Part shown: positions 31,410 through 41,455 of the stretch, in pieces | Layout of the letters: every line of letters begins with the position of its first letter | Numbering within the stretch: the stretch's first letter is position 1 | NCBI GenBank assembly: GCA_964201515.1 | Contig: CAXNGL010000001.1 | Coordinates: 1 to 41,455 of the forward strand | From: Burkholderiales bacterium | GTDB lineage: Bacteria; Pseudomonadota; Gammaproteobacteria; Burkholderiales; SG8-39 | Direction of reading: 5' to 3' | Length of the DNA stretch: 41,455 bases | Made by a program: the position numbers and the translations under genes | Notes under the pieces: generated by a model | Told to the model about the DNA's origin: nothing | The model's database searches: none | Seen by the model: the letters and a program-made list of their open reading frames with translations, nothing else

Positions 31410-32465
31410 ATGAAGCGCACGCTCACGTCCCAGGGACACCGCATTTTCAATCTGGTTGCAGCAATCGTCATTGCGCTGGCCGCGGCGCTGCCTGCCCGCG
31501 CACAGCAGGCGGCCAGGATTTCGCCGGCCGCCGCGCAAGCCGAACTCGAAGCGCTCATCAAGGCCGCCAAGGCCGAGGGCGAGGTGACGTTCTACATTTC
31601 GCTGACTGAAAATGTCGGCAAGCGCGTGGTCGACGGCTTCTCCGCCAAGTACGGCATCAAGACGCAGTTCATCCGCCTGACCACCGCGGCCATGACGCAG
31701 CGCTATCTGACCGAAGCCGAGGCCGGCACGTTCGCCGCCGGGGTGGTGTTCAATGCCGGCACCGCAGCTCCCTACAATGAAACCCAGTCCAAGGGCTGGG
31801 TCGAGCCGATCTCAAAGGCGGCCCTGCCCGTCATTACCAGCGGCGAGTACCCGGCCAAGTTCTTCGACGGCAACAACGCCATCGTGCAGATCGCCCCATG
31901 GACCATCGCCTACAACACCAACAAGGTGAAGGGCGCCGACATCCCGAAAGACTGGGCGGACCTGCTGAACCCGAAGTGGAAGGGCGAAGTGCTGGTGGCC
32001 GATACCAGTGTGGGCACGGTGTATGCAGAATTCTGGATCTTCATCCAGGACCGCTACGGCGAGGACTACTTCAAGAAGATTTCGCCCAACCTGCGCCGCT
32101 ACCCCGGCGGCGTGCCGGCCATCCAGTCGCTGGCGGCCGGCGAAGGCGGTTTCCAGCTGCCGGTCCCGGTGGCGCTTGGACAAGGGCCTAAGGACAAGGG
32201 GGCGCCCATCGCCATGGTCATTCCCGACCTGAATACCGGGCTGGAGACGCGCGTGGTCATGACCGCGCGCGCCCGCGTGAAGCACCCTAACGCGGCGCGC
32301 CTGCTGGCCAACTACGTGCTCACGCCGGAGGGCAACAAGGTGTTCAACAACGAACCGGGCGGCGTGACGGTCTACGACACCGCGGGCCTGCCCAAGCAAT
32401 ATGAATCGCCCAAGCCGGGTGCCGCGGCGCGCGTCAAGGAAATGTCGACCAAGCTGGGCTTCTGA
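31410..32465 (+). CDS. Periplasmic ABC-type solute-binding protein (family 1, iron/polyamine-like), orphan
   Basis: Signal peptide, EGEVTFYISLTENVGKRVVDGFSAKYGIK, KGADIPKDWADLLNPKWKG. No permease or ATPase gene is nearby. Confidence 0.75.
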   Translation: MKRTLTSQGHRIFNLVAAIVIALAAALPARAQQAARISPAAAQAELEALIKAAKAEGEVTFYISLTENVGKRVVDGFSAKYGIKTQFIRLTTAAMTQRYLTEAEAGTFAAGVVFNAGTAAPYNETQSKGWVEPISKAALPVITSGEYPAKFFDGNNAIVQIAPWTIAYNTNKVKGADIPKDWADLLNPKWKGEVLVADTSVGTVYAEFWIFIQDRYGEDYFKKISPNLRRYPGGVPAIQSLAAGEGGFQLPVPVALGQGPKDKGAPIAMVIPDLNTGLETRVVMTARARVKHPNAARLLANYVLTPEGNKVFNNEPGGVTVYDTAGLPKQYESPKPGAAARVKEMSTKLGF

Positions 32466-32523
32466 ACCGGCGCGCGACCGGACCCCGTCAGCGAAACCTC
32501 CACACCACACCGAGGGAAGCGCC

Positions 32524-33024
32524 ATGCCCGCACCCACCGATCGCCAGCTGCTTGACCGCATCGCCATGCAAGCCGTGGTGTCCCGCTACTTCCAGGGCGT
32601 TGATCGCAACGACCTCGCGCAGGTACGCGCCTGCTTCACCGAAGACGTGAAGGGCACCTACGCCAACCGTGGCACCGTGGTCGGCGTGGATGCAATGTTG
32701 GCCATGCTGCGGTCGCATTTCGAGAACATGGAAAACGGCACCATCCGCGTGTGCACGCACTTCATGGGCACATTCAATGTCGACCGGCTTGAAGACGATT
32801 CGGCCGAGACGGAAACCTACGCGCTGGCATTCCTGGTGCGCGCAGGCGCAGCAACATCCGACCCGGACGCCATGGCCATGCGCAGCCTGCGCTACCTCGA
32901 CCGCTGGAAGCGCAGCGCCGAGGGCTGGAAGATTTGCGAGCGCATCCACACCCTTGACTGGAGCTGCAAGCAGGCGCCCGACTTCGCCACCAGCATGGCG
33001 AAGCGATTGATGAAGCTGCCATAA
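32524..33024 (+). CDS. SnoaL-like / NTF2-superfamily protein
   Basis: IAMQAVVSRYFQGVDRNDLAQVRACFTEDV...RYLDRWKRSAEGWKICER. Start set at MPAPTDRQ. Confidence 0.7.
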   Translation: MPAPTDRQLLDRIAMQAVVSRYFQGVDRNDLAQVRACFTEDVKGTYANRGTVVGVDAMLAMLRSHFENMENGTIRVCTHFMGTFNVDRLEDDSAETETYALAFLVRAGAATSDPDAMAMRSLRYLDRWKRSAEGWKICERIHTLDWSCKQAPDFATSMAKRLMKLP

Positions 33025-33118
33025 CACAAATGGCACTTGCTTAAGCGGCGAAATCCAGGACAAAGCATAAACCGACTCTGCCAAAGCCTGCACGAACGAA
33101 AAATCCGTTCGTGTGGAG

Positions 33119-33163
33119 CGTTGTTTTCGCGCGGATGATGAAGACATCCGCACGAAAACAACG
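33119..33163. terminator. Long hairpin (19-bp stem with 1 mismatch, 7-nt loop) between convergent genes; a smaller hairpin lies at 33091-33113
   Basis: cgttgttttcgcgcggatg atgaaga catccgcacgaaaacaacg. Confidence 0.5.
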
Positions 33164-33226
33164 ATCTTCAATACACCCGCTCGCAGCAGGGCTGGCCGAG
33201 CCTGCGAAGCAGCCCGCTCGGTCCGG

Positions 33227-35206
33227 CTACCCAGCCACCAGCTTCTGCAACTCCGTCACCACTTCCGGATTCACCAGCGATGAAATGTCACCCGGATCCT
33301 GCCCGGTGAACACCGAGCGCACCACGCGGCGCATGATCTTCATGTTGCGCGTGCGCGGCAGGTCGCTGACGAAAACCACATCCTTGGGCCGATAGGATCG
33401 CCCCATGCCGTTGGTCACCGCATCGCTCAGCTCGCGGCGCACGGCGTCGTTCACGGCAACGCCCGGCATGGCCACGCAGACGAGAATCAGCGCCGAGCCC
33501 TTGACCGGATCGGGCACCGCGATGGCAGCCGCCTCCGATACCTTGCCCGTCTCCAGCAGCAGGCCCTCGATCTCCGACGGCCCGGTGCGCTTGCCGGAAA
33601 TCTTGATGGTGTCGTCCGACCTGCCTAGGATGAACCACAGCCCGTCGTCATCTCGCACCGCCCAGTCGCCCTGGCGCCACATGCCGGGGATGTGCTGCCA
33701 ATAGGATTCGAGATAGCGCTCGTCGCCCGGGTCCTTCCACAGCCCCGGCGTCAGGCCGATGGAGGGGACACGCAGCACCAGCTCGCCCACCTGATTGGGG
33801 CCAAGGGTGTTGCCATGGTCATCGACGATGTCGGCACCCACGCCCAGCGCCGCGTCGCAGATGGAACCGGGCTTGAGCGGGGCGAGCAGGTTGCCCACCG
33901 CGATGCAGCCGCCGACTTCGGTGCCGCCGGTGCCGTTCAGGATCGGCACGCGGCCATGGCAGACATTGTCGAACAGCCAGTTCCATGGCGTGTCGCTCCA
34001 CGGCTCGCCGCCCGAGAAGATGATGCGCAACTTGTCGAATTTGTAGCGCTGCACCTCGGCAATGTCGTTGCGCATCAGCGAGCGCACCACCGTGGGCGCA
34101 AGCCCGAGGTAGGTGACCTGGTGCTGGTCGACCATGCGCCAGTAGCGGTCGGTGGTGGGGTAATCCGGTGCGCCCTCGGCGATGAAGAGACTTCCTCCAT
34201 GGTAGGTCGGCACCACCGCGCACATCGATCCCACCATCCAGCCCATGTCGGAGAGGAAGAACCAGCGGTCATCGGGGCCGAAGTCGGTGCAGATGCCGTA
34301 GTCGGTCACCGACTTCACGATGAAGTTCATCTGGGTGTAGATGGCCCCCTTGGGCTTGCCCGTGGTGCCCGAGGTAAACAGCAGCGCCGCCGGCGAGTCC
34401 ACCGGCATGGGTTCGGTCGCGCAGTCGGTCGATTTTCCCGCCACGAAGTCGTGCCACCAGGCATCGCGGCCCGGCTGCATCGTCACCGGCGCCGCTTTTT
34501 CCATGTGCTCGCCCAGATGCCGCACCACGATCACGTGCTTCACGGTGGGCGAATGCGCCAGTGCCGCATCCAGCACGGCCTTCATGGCGCCGGGCTTGCC
34601 GCGCCGCCAGGTGCCGTCCACCGTGACCACGGCCTTTGCTTCGCCGTCGTTCAGCCGCGTGGCGATCGGCGCGTCGCCGAAACCGGAGAACAGCGGCATG
34701 CAGATGGCGCCGATCTTCATGATCGCGAAATAGGCGATGAAGGTCTCCGGCACCTGCGGCATGTACAGGCCCACCACGTCGCCCTTGCCGATGCCGATTG
34801 CCTTCAGGCCGTTGGCGAAGCGGCAGACTTCCGCGTCGAACTCGGCATAGGTGTATTGGCGCGTGCGCCCGTCTTCGCCCTCCCACACCAGGTAGGTCCT
34901 GGACCAGGCCGGCGTGTCGCGGTGCCGATCCAGGCAGTTGAGCACGAAGTTGGTGGTCGCGCCCACACACCAGCGCGCGCGCTCGATGCCGCTCGACACG
35001 TCGAGCACCTTCTCGTAAGGCGTGTAGAAGCGAAAATCGATGTAGCGCAGCAGCGCTGCCCAGAACCATTCGGGCTCGGCCACCGAACGCTGCAACAGCG
35101 TGGCGTAATCCGGCGTGCCCAGCGCCTTCATGAAATACGTCAGGCGCGCGTTGTCGCGCACCGCTTGCGTGGGCACCCAGCGAAACCGCTCCATGCCTGT
35201 TTCCAT
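33227..35206 (-). CDS. Acetyl-CoA-synthetase-like AMP-forming acyl-CoA synthetase
   Basis: EPEWFWAALLRYIDF, NFVLNCLDRH, LLFTSGTTGKPKG, ISGKRTGPSEIE. 659 aa, AGGAGG RBS. Confidence 0.88.
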   Translation of the reverse strand: METGMERFRWVPTQAVRDNARLTYFMKALGTPDYATLLQRSVAEPEWFWAALLRYIDFRFYTPYEKVLDVSSGIERARWCVGATTNFVLNCLDRHRDTPAWSRTYLVWEGEDGRTRQYTYAEFDAEVCRFANGLKAIGIGKGDVVGLYMPQVPETFIAYFAIMKIGAICMPLFSGFGDAPIATRLNDGEAKAVVTVDGTWRRGKPGAMKAVLDAALAHSPTVKHVIVVRHLGEHMEKAAPVTMQPGRDAWWHDFVAGKSTDCATEPMPVDSPAALLFTSGTTGKPKGAIYTQMNFIVKSVTDYGICTDFGPDDRWFFLSDMGWMVGSMCAVVPTYHGGSLFIAEGAPDYPTTDRYWRMVDQHQVTYLGLAPTVVRSLMRNDIAEVQRYKFDKLRIIFSGGEPWSDTPWNWLFDNVCHGRVPILNGTGGTEVGGCIAVGNLLAPLKPGSICDAALGVGADIVDDHGNTLGPNQVGELVLRVPSIGLTPGLWKDPGDERYLESYWQHIPGMWRQGDWAVRDDDGLWFILGRSDDTIKISGKRTGPSEIEGLLLETGKVSEAAAIAVPDPVKGSALILVCVAMPGVAVNDAVRRELSDAVTNGMGRSYRPKDVVFVSDLPRTRNMKIMRRVVRSVFTGQDPGDISSLVNPEVVTELQKLVAG

Positions 35207-35321
35207 GTCCTTGCCCCTCCTTCGATTCGCCGGGTGACCAACCCGGCCGTGCCAACCTCGATGCTGACGACCGCCTCAAGACGAGGCGCATGGCGAAGTC
35301 TAATCCATCCCCAAAACAGGG

Positions 35322-35350
35322 TTCACAACACAAATAAAGATCCTTATACT
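35322..35350 (+). promoter_or_regulatory. Sigma70-like promoter TTCACA-17 nt-TATACT upstream of the first BVMO gene
   Basis: TTCACA at 35322-35327 and TATACT at 35345-35350. This would give a leader of about 160 nt. Confidence 0.45.
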
Positions 35351-35412
35351 CAACTCACCATGCGCATGCTTGCCGTCCTGCCCGGCGCAAAGTGCGTAGC
35401 GGCCGGGTGAAT

Positions 35413-35492
35413 GGGGGAGCGAAGCCCGCGCGCAAAACCAGGGGGAGCGCCAAGCCCGTGCGCAAAACCTGGGAGCGCGCAGTCCGCGCGCC
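35413..35492. repeat. About 2.7 tandem copies of a 28-30-bp unit (gggggagcg[c]aagcccgYgcgcaaaacc)
   Basis: Units at 35413-35440 and 35441-35470, with a partial unit at 35471-35492, lying between the putative promoter and the BVMO start. Confidence 0.75.
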
Positions 35493-35518
35493 CATCCGGA
35501 ATTTGAATTCGAGGAGAA

Positions 35519-37189
35519 ATGCCAATGAACGCCACGCCGGTCACTCCCCACCCCACGTCCAGCCAGGGTTCCTACGATGCCGTGGTGGTCGGCGCCGGAT
35601 TTGCCGGCCTTTACGCCGTATACCGTTTGCGCAAGCTGGGATTCACCGTGCGGGTGTTCGAAGCCGGCAGCGGTGTCGGCGGCACCTGGTTCTGGAATCG
35701 CTATCCGGGCGCACGCTGCGATGTGGAGAGCTACGAGTATTCGTATTCCTTTTCACCGGAACTCGAGCAGGAGTGGGACTGGACCGAGCGCTATCCGGCG
35801 CAGCCCGAGATCCTCAACTACATCAACCACGTCGCCGACCGCTTCGACCTGCGCCGCGACATCCAGATCAACACGCGAGTGACGTCGGCGCATTTCGACG
35901 CGGCCGCCAATCGCTGGACGGTCACCACCGAAAAGGGCGATGTCGTCACATCGCAATTCGTCATCATGGCCACCGGTTGCCTGTCGGCGCCGCGCGTGCC
36001 GGATTTCCAGGGCCTCAAGAGCTTCAAGGGCGAGTGGTACCACACCGGCGACTGGCCGCACAAGGAAGTCAGCTTCGCAGGCAAGCGCGTGGGCGTGATC
36101 GGAACGGGTTCCACGGGCATCCAGGCGATCCCGGTGATTGCCGCCGCGGCCAGGCATGTGCATGTATTTCAGCGCACGCCGAATTTCAGCCTGCCGGCGC
36201 GTAACGGCCCGCAGGACCCGGAGAAGGCAAAAGAGATGAAGGCCCATTATCCCGAGGTGCGGGCCAAGGCGCGCACTTCCGGCAGCGGCTATGCGCTGCT
36301 CTCCGACGTCCCGCCCAAGGGCGCACTGGAAGTGTCGGAACAAGAGCGCAACGCCACCTATGAGCGTTGCTGGCAGGTGGGCGGCCCGACGCTGCCGCGC
36401 TCCTTCAACGACACGGTATTCAAGAAGGAGGCCAACGACACGGCCTGTGAATTCGTGCGCAACAAGATCCGCCACATCGTCCGGGACGCGACCGTCGCCG
36501 AGATGCTGTGCCCGACCGGCTACGCCATCGGCACCAAGCGCCTGCCCATCGACACGGACTATTTCGCAACCTACAACCGCGACAATGTCACGCTGGTGAA
36601 CGTGCGCAATGCGCCGATCGAGGAAATCCTGCCCAATGGCCTGCGCACGACGGAGGCCGCCTACGAACTGGATACCATCGTCTTCGCCACCGGCTACGAC
36701 GCCATGACCGGTTCGCTGCTGGCGGTGGACATCCGCGGCAGCCAGGGGCGCGAGTTGCGCGAAAAGTGGTCTGCCGGCCCGCGCACCTACCTGGGGCTGC
36801 AAACCGCGGGGTTCCCCAACCTGTTCATGGTGACCGGCCCCGGCAGCCCCTCGGTGCTGTCCAACATGATCACCTCGATCGAGCAACACATCGAGTGGAT
36901 CACCGATTGCATGGACAGCCTGCGCCGGCGCGGCGTCGCCCGCATCGAGGCAGACCAGAAGGCCGAGGATGCCTGGGTCGATCACGTCAATGAAACCGGC
37001 AACAAGACCCTGTATCCGACCGCCAACTCCTGGTACATGGGCGCCAACATTCCCGGCAAGCCGCGCGTGTTCATGCCCTACATCGGCGGGGTGGGCAATT
37101 ACCGCATCAAGTGCGATGAGGTTGCCGCCAAGGGGTACGAAGGCTTCAGGCTTGGCGGGGCTACCGGCACATCCGCGCGCGGCGCCTGA
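35519..37189 (+). CDS. Type I Baeyer-Villiger monooxygenase (FAD/NADPH)
   Basis: GAGFAG, GGTWFWNRYPGARCD, BVMO fingerprint FKGEWYHTGDWP, GTGSTG. 556 aa. Confidence 0.92.
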   Translation: MPMNATPVTPHPTSSQGSYDAVVVGAGFAGLYAVYRLRKLGFTVRVFEAGSGVGGTWFWNRYPGARCDVESYEYSYSFSPELEQEWDWTERYPAQPEILNYINHVADRFDLRRDIQINTRVTSAHFDAAANRWTVTTEKGDVVTSQFVIMATGCLSAPRVPDFQGLKSFKGEWYHTGDWPHKEVSFAGKRVGVIGTGSTGIQAIPVIAAAARHVHVFQRTPNFSLPARNGPQDPEKAKEMKAHYPEVRAKARTSGSGYALLSDVPPKGALEVSEQERNATYERCWQVGGPTLPRSFNDTVFKKEANDTACEFVRNKIRHIVRDATVAEMLCPTGYAIGTKRLPIDTDYFATYNRDNVTLVNVRNAPIEEILPNGLRTTEAAYELDTIVFATGYDAMTGSLLAVDIRGSQGRELREKWSAGPRTYLGLQTAGFPNLFMVTGPGSPSVLSNMITSIEQHIEWITDCMDSLRRRGVARIEADQKAEDAWVDHVNETGNKTLYPTANSWYMGANIPGKPRVFMPYIGGVGNYRIKCDEVAAKGYEGFRLGGATGTSARGA

Positions 37190-37209
37190 AGCAGCGCAAG
37201 AACAACGGC

Positions 37210-38031
37210 ATGCCCCCCGTCCCCAAGCCCACACGGACTCCGAAGGCAGCACCCCGGGTGCTGCACGGGACCGGGGGACATGCGGTGTCGCCAGGCACAG
37301 CGGCCCGGCGACGCGGCGTCAAGACCTCGGTTTCAGTCGCCCTGGACATCGTCCGCGACATGGTGTCGCAGCGCCTTCAGGCCGGCGACAAGCTTCCACT
37401 CGAGTCGGAGCTGCTCAAGCACTATGGCGTGAGTCGCGCATCCCTTCGCGAGGGCATGCGCCTCCTGGAAGTGCAGGGCCTGCTGTCGATACGGCCCGGC
37501 CCGGGCGGGGTGGTGGTGGGCGGCGCCCATCCCGCCAATCTCGGGCGCAGCCTGATGCTGCACATGCAATTCGTCGGCGCCACCTACGATGAACTGATGG
37601 ACACCTGCATCTGGACCGAAGGTCAGCTGGCCGAACTGGCGGCGAGGAATCGTGACCGCAAGAAGGTACGACGCCTGATGCTTCCCTTCCTGAACCAGTC
37701 GGAGGCGCACAGTGCCGCCTCCGGATTCGAACACCCCATCGAAGAAGGCCTTAACTTCCACCTGGCGGTCGGCGCGCTGGTGGAGAACCGCGTGCGTGCC
37801 TTCATGCTCATGATGCCCGGACAGGTGCTGGTCGAACACATCATCAGCAACGTCGAACGCAAGTTCCTCGAAGACCCTTTCGTGCATGACCACGAAGCCA
37901 TCGCAGTCGCCATCATTGCCGGCAATGCCACGCGCGCCGGAAAACTCATGCGCGACCACTTCGAGCATATCAACAAGTTCTTCCGCACCTACTGGCCGCG
38001 CGCGGTGGCCGACAGGATCCAGGGACGCTGA
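37210..38031 (+). CDS. GntR-family (FadR-subfamily, FCD domain) transcriptional regulator
   Basis: LPLESELLKHYGVSRASLREGMRLLEVQGLLSIRPGPGG, then an all-helical C-terminal domain. The true start may lie downstream of 37210. Confidence 0.8.
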   Translation: MPPVPKPTRTPKAAPRVLHGTGGHAVSPGTAARRRGVKTSVSVALDIVRDMVSQRLQAGDKLPLESELLKHYGVSRASLREGMRLLEVQGLLSIRPGPGGVVVGGAHPANLGRSLMLHMQFVGATYDELMDTCIWTEGQLAELAARNRDRKKVRRLMLPFLNQSEAHSAASGFEHPIEEGLNFHLAVGALVENRVRAFMLMMPGQVLVEHIISNVERKFLEDPFVHDHEAIAVAIIAGNATRAGKLMRDHFEHINKFFRTYWPRAVADRIQGR

Positions 38032-38128
38032 GCCACCATTCTCGAACAATGCATGCCGAAGCGGGACCGAAACACCGCGTGCAAGTGGAATTCCGAGACC
38101 GCTTTCCAATACACCCCGAGGAAATACC

Positions 38129-39802
<1,674 letters not shown>

Positions 39803-39922
39803 ACCTTCGCATCGCCTGCGGCAGCACTGTCATCCGGAGATCAGGCCTGCCCGACATTTTCGAGTCGGCCGTTTTCTTTCCAGCCCGACCGTCGACTGTC
39901 TGCAGAAATATAATGTCAGTAT

Positions 39923-41454
39923 GTAACTATTCAGCCTACCCGGATGGTAGCGGATTGGGAGGGTTGCCTTGAAATGCGAGGGTGAGGGCATGGAAGACAT
40001 TGCGGCCCTGTTTGCGCAACGTGGCGAGGTAGGAGCGGATGGTGCAGAAGGACTCGGCACCAGTGACGGTACGGAAACACCCGGAGGTTTTTTGCTTGAG
40101 TTTTGGCATGCGGATATCGCGTTCGGCCAGATTGTTGTCGAAGGGCACACGCGTGTCGGTGAGAAACCGCAGGACGTCGTCCGCGTGCTCTCGCAGACGC
40201 AGCAGAAGATTGGCCGCAGGGGATTGCTTGATACGGCCACGCTGTTTGATTTTGGCGCGGGCACGCCGAGGATTGTCCGCCTCACCTTGGGCGAGGATGA
40301 CTTTGTATTGGCGGCGCAGAGCGGTGAGCTGCGCACTGGCCAAGGGGCGTTGGGCCAATTTTGCGGCATCGGCGTGGACCTTGGCTCGGCGCAGGAACTC
40401 GATCATCTTGCGCGGCCAAGTCTGTTGGGTGGTTTCCTCCAAGAAGATGAGTTCGCGCAGATGATGGGCATTGCACAGCCCATGGGTACAAGCGTAGTCG
40501 CGATAGGAAATCCAGCCGTCATGTACGGCGACACCTTGGAATGCCGGCAAGATACCAAAGTCGTCCATCGCGATCTTGCCGCGCTTGTCGTGCGCGCCAT
40601 ACCAAGTGAGCAGGGGCGTGCCCGCGCTGTGCAGCCAACGCAGCCGCGCGCCCACCCGTTGTCCGGTCTCATCGAAGTGCACCACGGGCGACGCAATCAC
40701 CGCTGCGGCGATCTGCACAACCGAGGGCACCAGCGTCTGAGCGGCCTGCACAATGCTCGTGTGCACGCTGCCCGCAGACAGCTTCACGCCAAACAGATCG
40801 GACACGATTTGAGCGGTGCGCTCCATAGGGAGCAGTTGCCCTTGCGTCAAATAGACCAACGTGCTCTTGATCACCGGGCCGTATTGCACCGGGGCTGTGA
40901 CATTGGCTGGGAAAATGCTGCGATGGCGTTGACCACACCGGCACAGCAGTTCGTAGCCAAGGTGTTCGGTCACTTGCACCACCGGCGGCACCAGATCGAA
41001 TACCTGACGCCGATCCTCGATCAACGCATCGGCTTGGGCGCCAAGGTGCGCGCCGCAACGATCACAGTGCTTGGGCAGCGGGTAGTGCACAGTCGCATCA
41101 GGGGTTGCCACTCGTTTGAGCGTTGTTCCCCGGTGCCCGGCTTGCCCGCCCGGATTGAGACCGCTGGATTCGCGCAACGATTTAGGCTTCTTGGCCAATC
41201 CGTCCGAGGACGGCGGCTTGCTCGAGTTGTGACTGTCCTTGCGCAACTGCCCTTCCAGCTCGCGCACTCGTGCGCTCAACGCATGCACCATCACCGTCAA
41301 CCGTTCCAGCTGCTTCAACTGCTCAAACTGCGCGACGATCAGCTCGTCTTTCTGCGCAACGCTCAGTCTGGACAGGTCAGGCAATTCATGCATGCCATGA
41401 AGTATCACCCTTTACCATTTTGTTTACAACCGCAATACTGACCTGAATAGTTAC
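39923..41454 (-). mobile_element. IS66-family insertion sequence, single-ORF type
   Basis: 12-bp perfect terminal inverted repeats GTAACTATTCAG (39923-39934 and the revcomp of 41443-41454). The 5'-GTAA ends are typical of IS66. One transposase ORF fills the element. Only 1 nt of right flank is visible. Confidence 0.85.
39936..41408 (-). CDS. IS66-family transposase
   Basis: N-terminal leucine-zipper-like region, the CDRCG...CRCG zinc-finger region, and VHFDETG...WLH...DGWISYRDY...CNAHHLRE blocks. The stop is 1 nt from the IR. Confidence 0.9.
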   Translation of the reverse strand: MILHGMHELPDLSRLSVAQKDELIVAQFEQLKQLERLTVMVHALSARVRELEGQLRKDSHNSSKPPSSDGLAKKPKSLRESSGLNPGGQAGHRGTTLKRVATPDATVHYPLPKHCDRCGAHLGAQADALIEDRRQVFDLVPPVVQVTEHLGYELLCRCGQRHRSIFPANVTAPVQYGPVIKSTLVYLTQGQLLPMERTAQIVSDLFGVKLSAGSVHTSIVQAAQTLVPSVVQIAAAVIASPVVHFDETGQRVGARLRWLHSAGTPLLTWYGAHDKRGKIAMDDFGILPAFQGVAVHDGWISYRDYACTHGLCNAHHLRELIFLEETTQQTWPRKMIEFLRRAKVHADAAKLAQRPLASAQLTALRRQYKVILAQGEADNPRRARAKIKQRGRIKQSPAANLLLRLREHADDVLRFLTDTRVPFDNNLAERDIRMPKLKQKTSGCFRTVTGAESFCTIRSYLATLRKQGRNVFHALTLAFQGNPPNPLPSG

Positions 41455-41455
41455 G

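Overview
Visibly G+C-rich proteobacterial chromosomal DNA. It is most consistent with a Burkholderiales-type betaproteobacterium: two Bug/TctC-type solute receptors, five family-III CoA-transferase domains and leuS-lptE-holA synteny (inference only). Layout: (1) 1-4130 is a more A+T-rich, decayed accessory patch. It holds a DUF2130 coiled-coil/nuclease-like gene and a HigB/HigA-like TA pair, together bracketed by two related palindromic elements. Next comes a Phd-VapC TA pair bracketed by short repeat arrays and by two gene remnants (a solute-binding-protein C-terminus and the HUH region of an IS91-family transposase). (2) 4140-11270 is a CoA-transferase island: an operon of a MaoC double-hotdog hydratase, a CaiB-like gene and a fused CaiB-CaiB gene, plus a divergent CaiB-like gene and a Bug receptor. 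(3) 11440-19107 is core housekeeping: uvrD, a FecR/SPOR protein, leuS, lptE and holA. (4) 19412-39802 is a second catabolic/accessory block. It contains an ICMT-like methyltransferase; an acyl-CoA ligase, CMD-family protein, Bug receptor and type-B carboxylesterase operon; an RHH-VapC TA pair; a second acyl-CoA ligase; a small secreted Cys protein; an SCP-x-type thiolase with a DUF35 protein; a CaiB-like gene; an orphan ABC solute-binding protein; a SnoaL-like protein; an ACS-like synthetase; and two paralogous Baeyer-Villiger monooxygenases flanking a GntR/FadR regulator. (5) 39923-41454 is a single-ORF IS66-family insertion sequence running to the window edge. No rRNA, tRNA or CRISPR array was recognised. 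The best candidate for something undescribed is the repeat-bracketed DUF2130 + TA segment and the neighbouring repeat-bracketed Phd-VapC segment, both non-autonomous cassette-like units without a recombinase. The unusual CoA-transferase complement comes second: a tandem fusion, and two domains that apparently lack the catalytic Asp. All family assignments come from reading the translations by eye; no database search was run.
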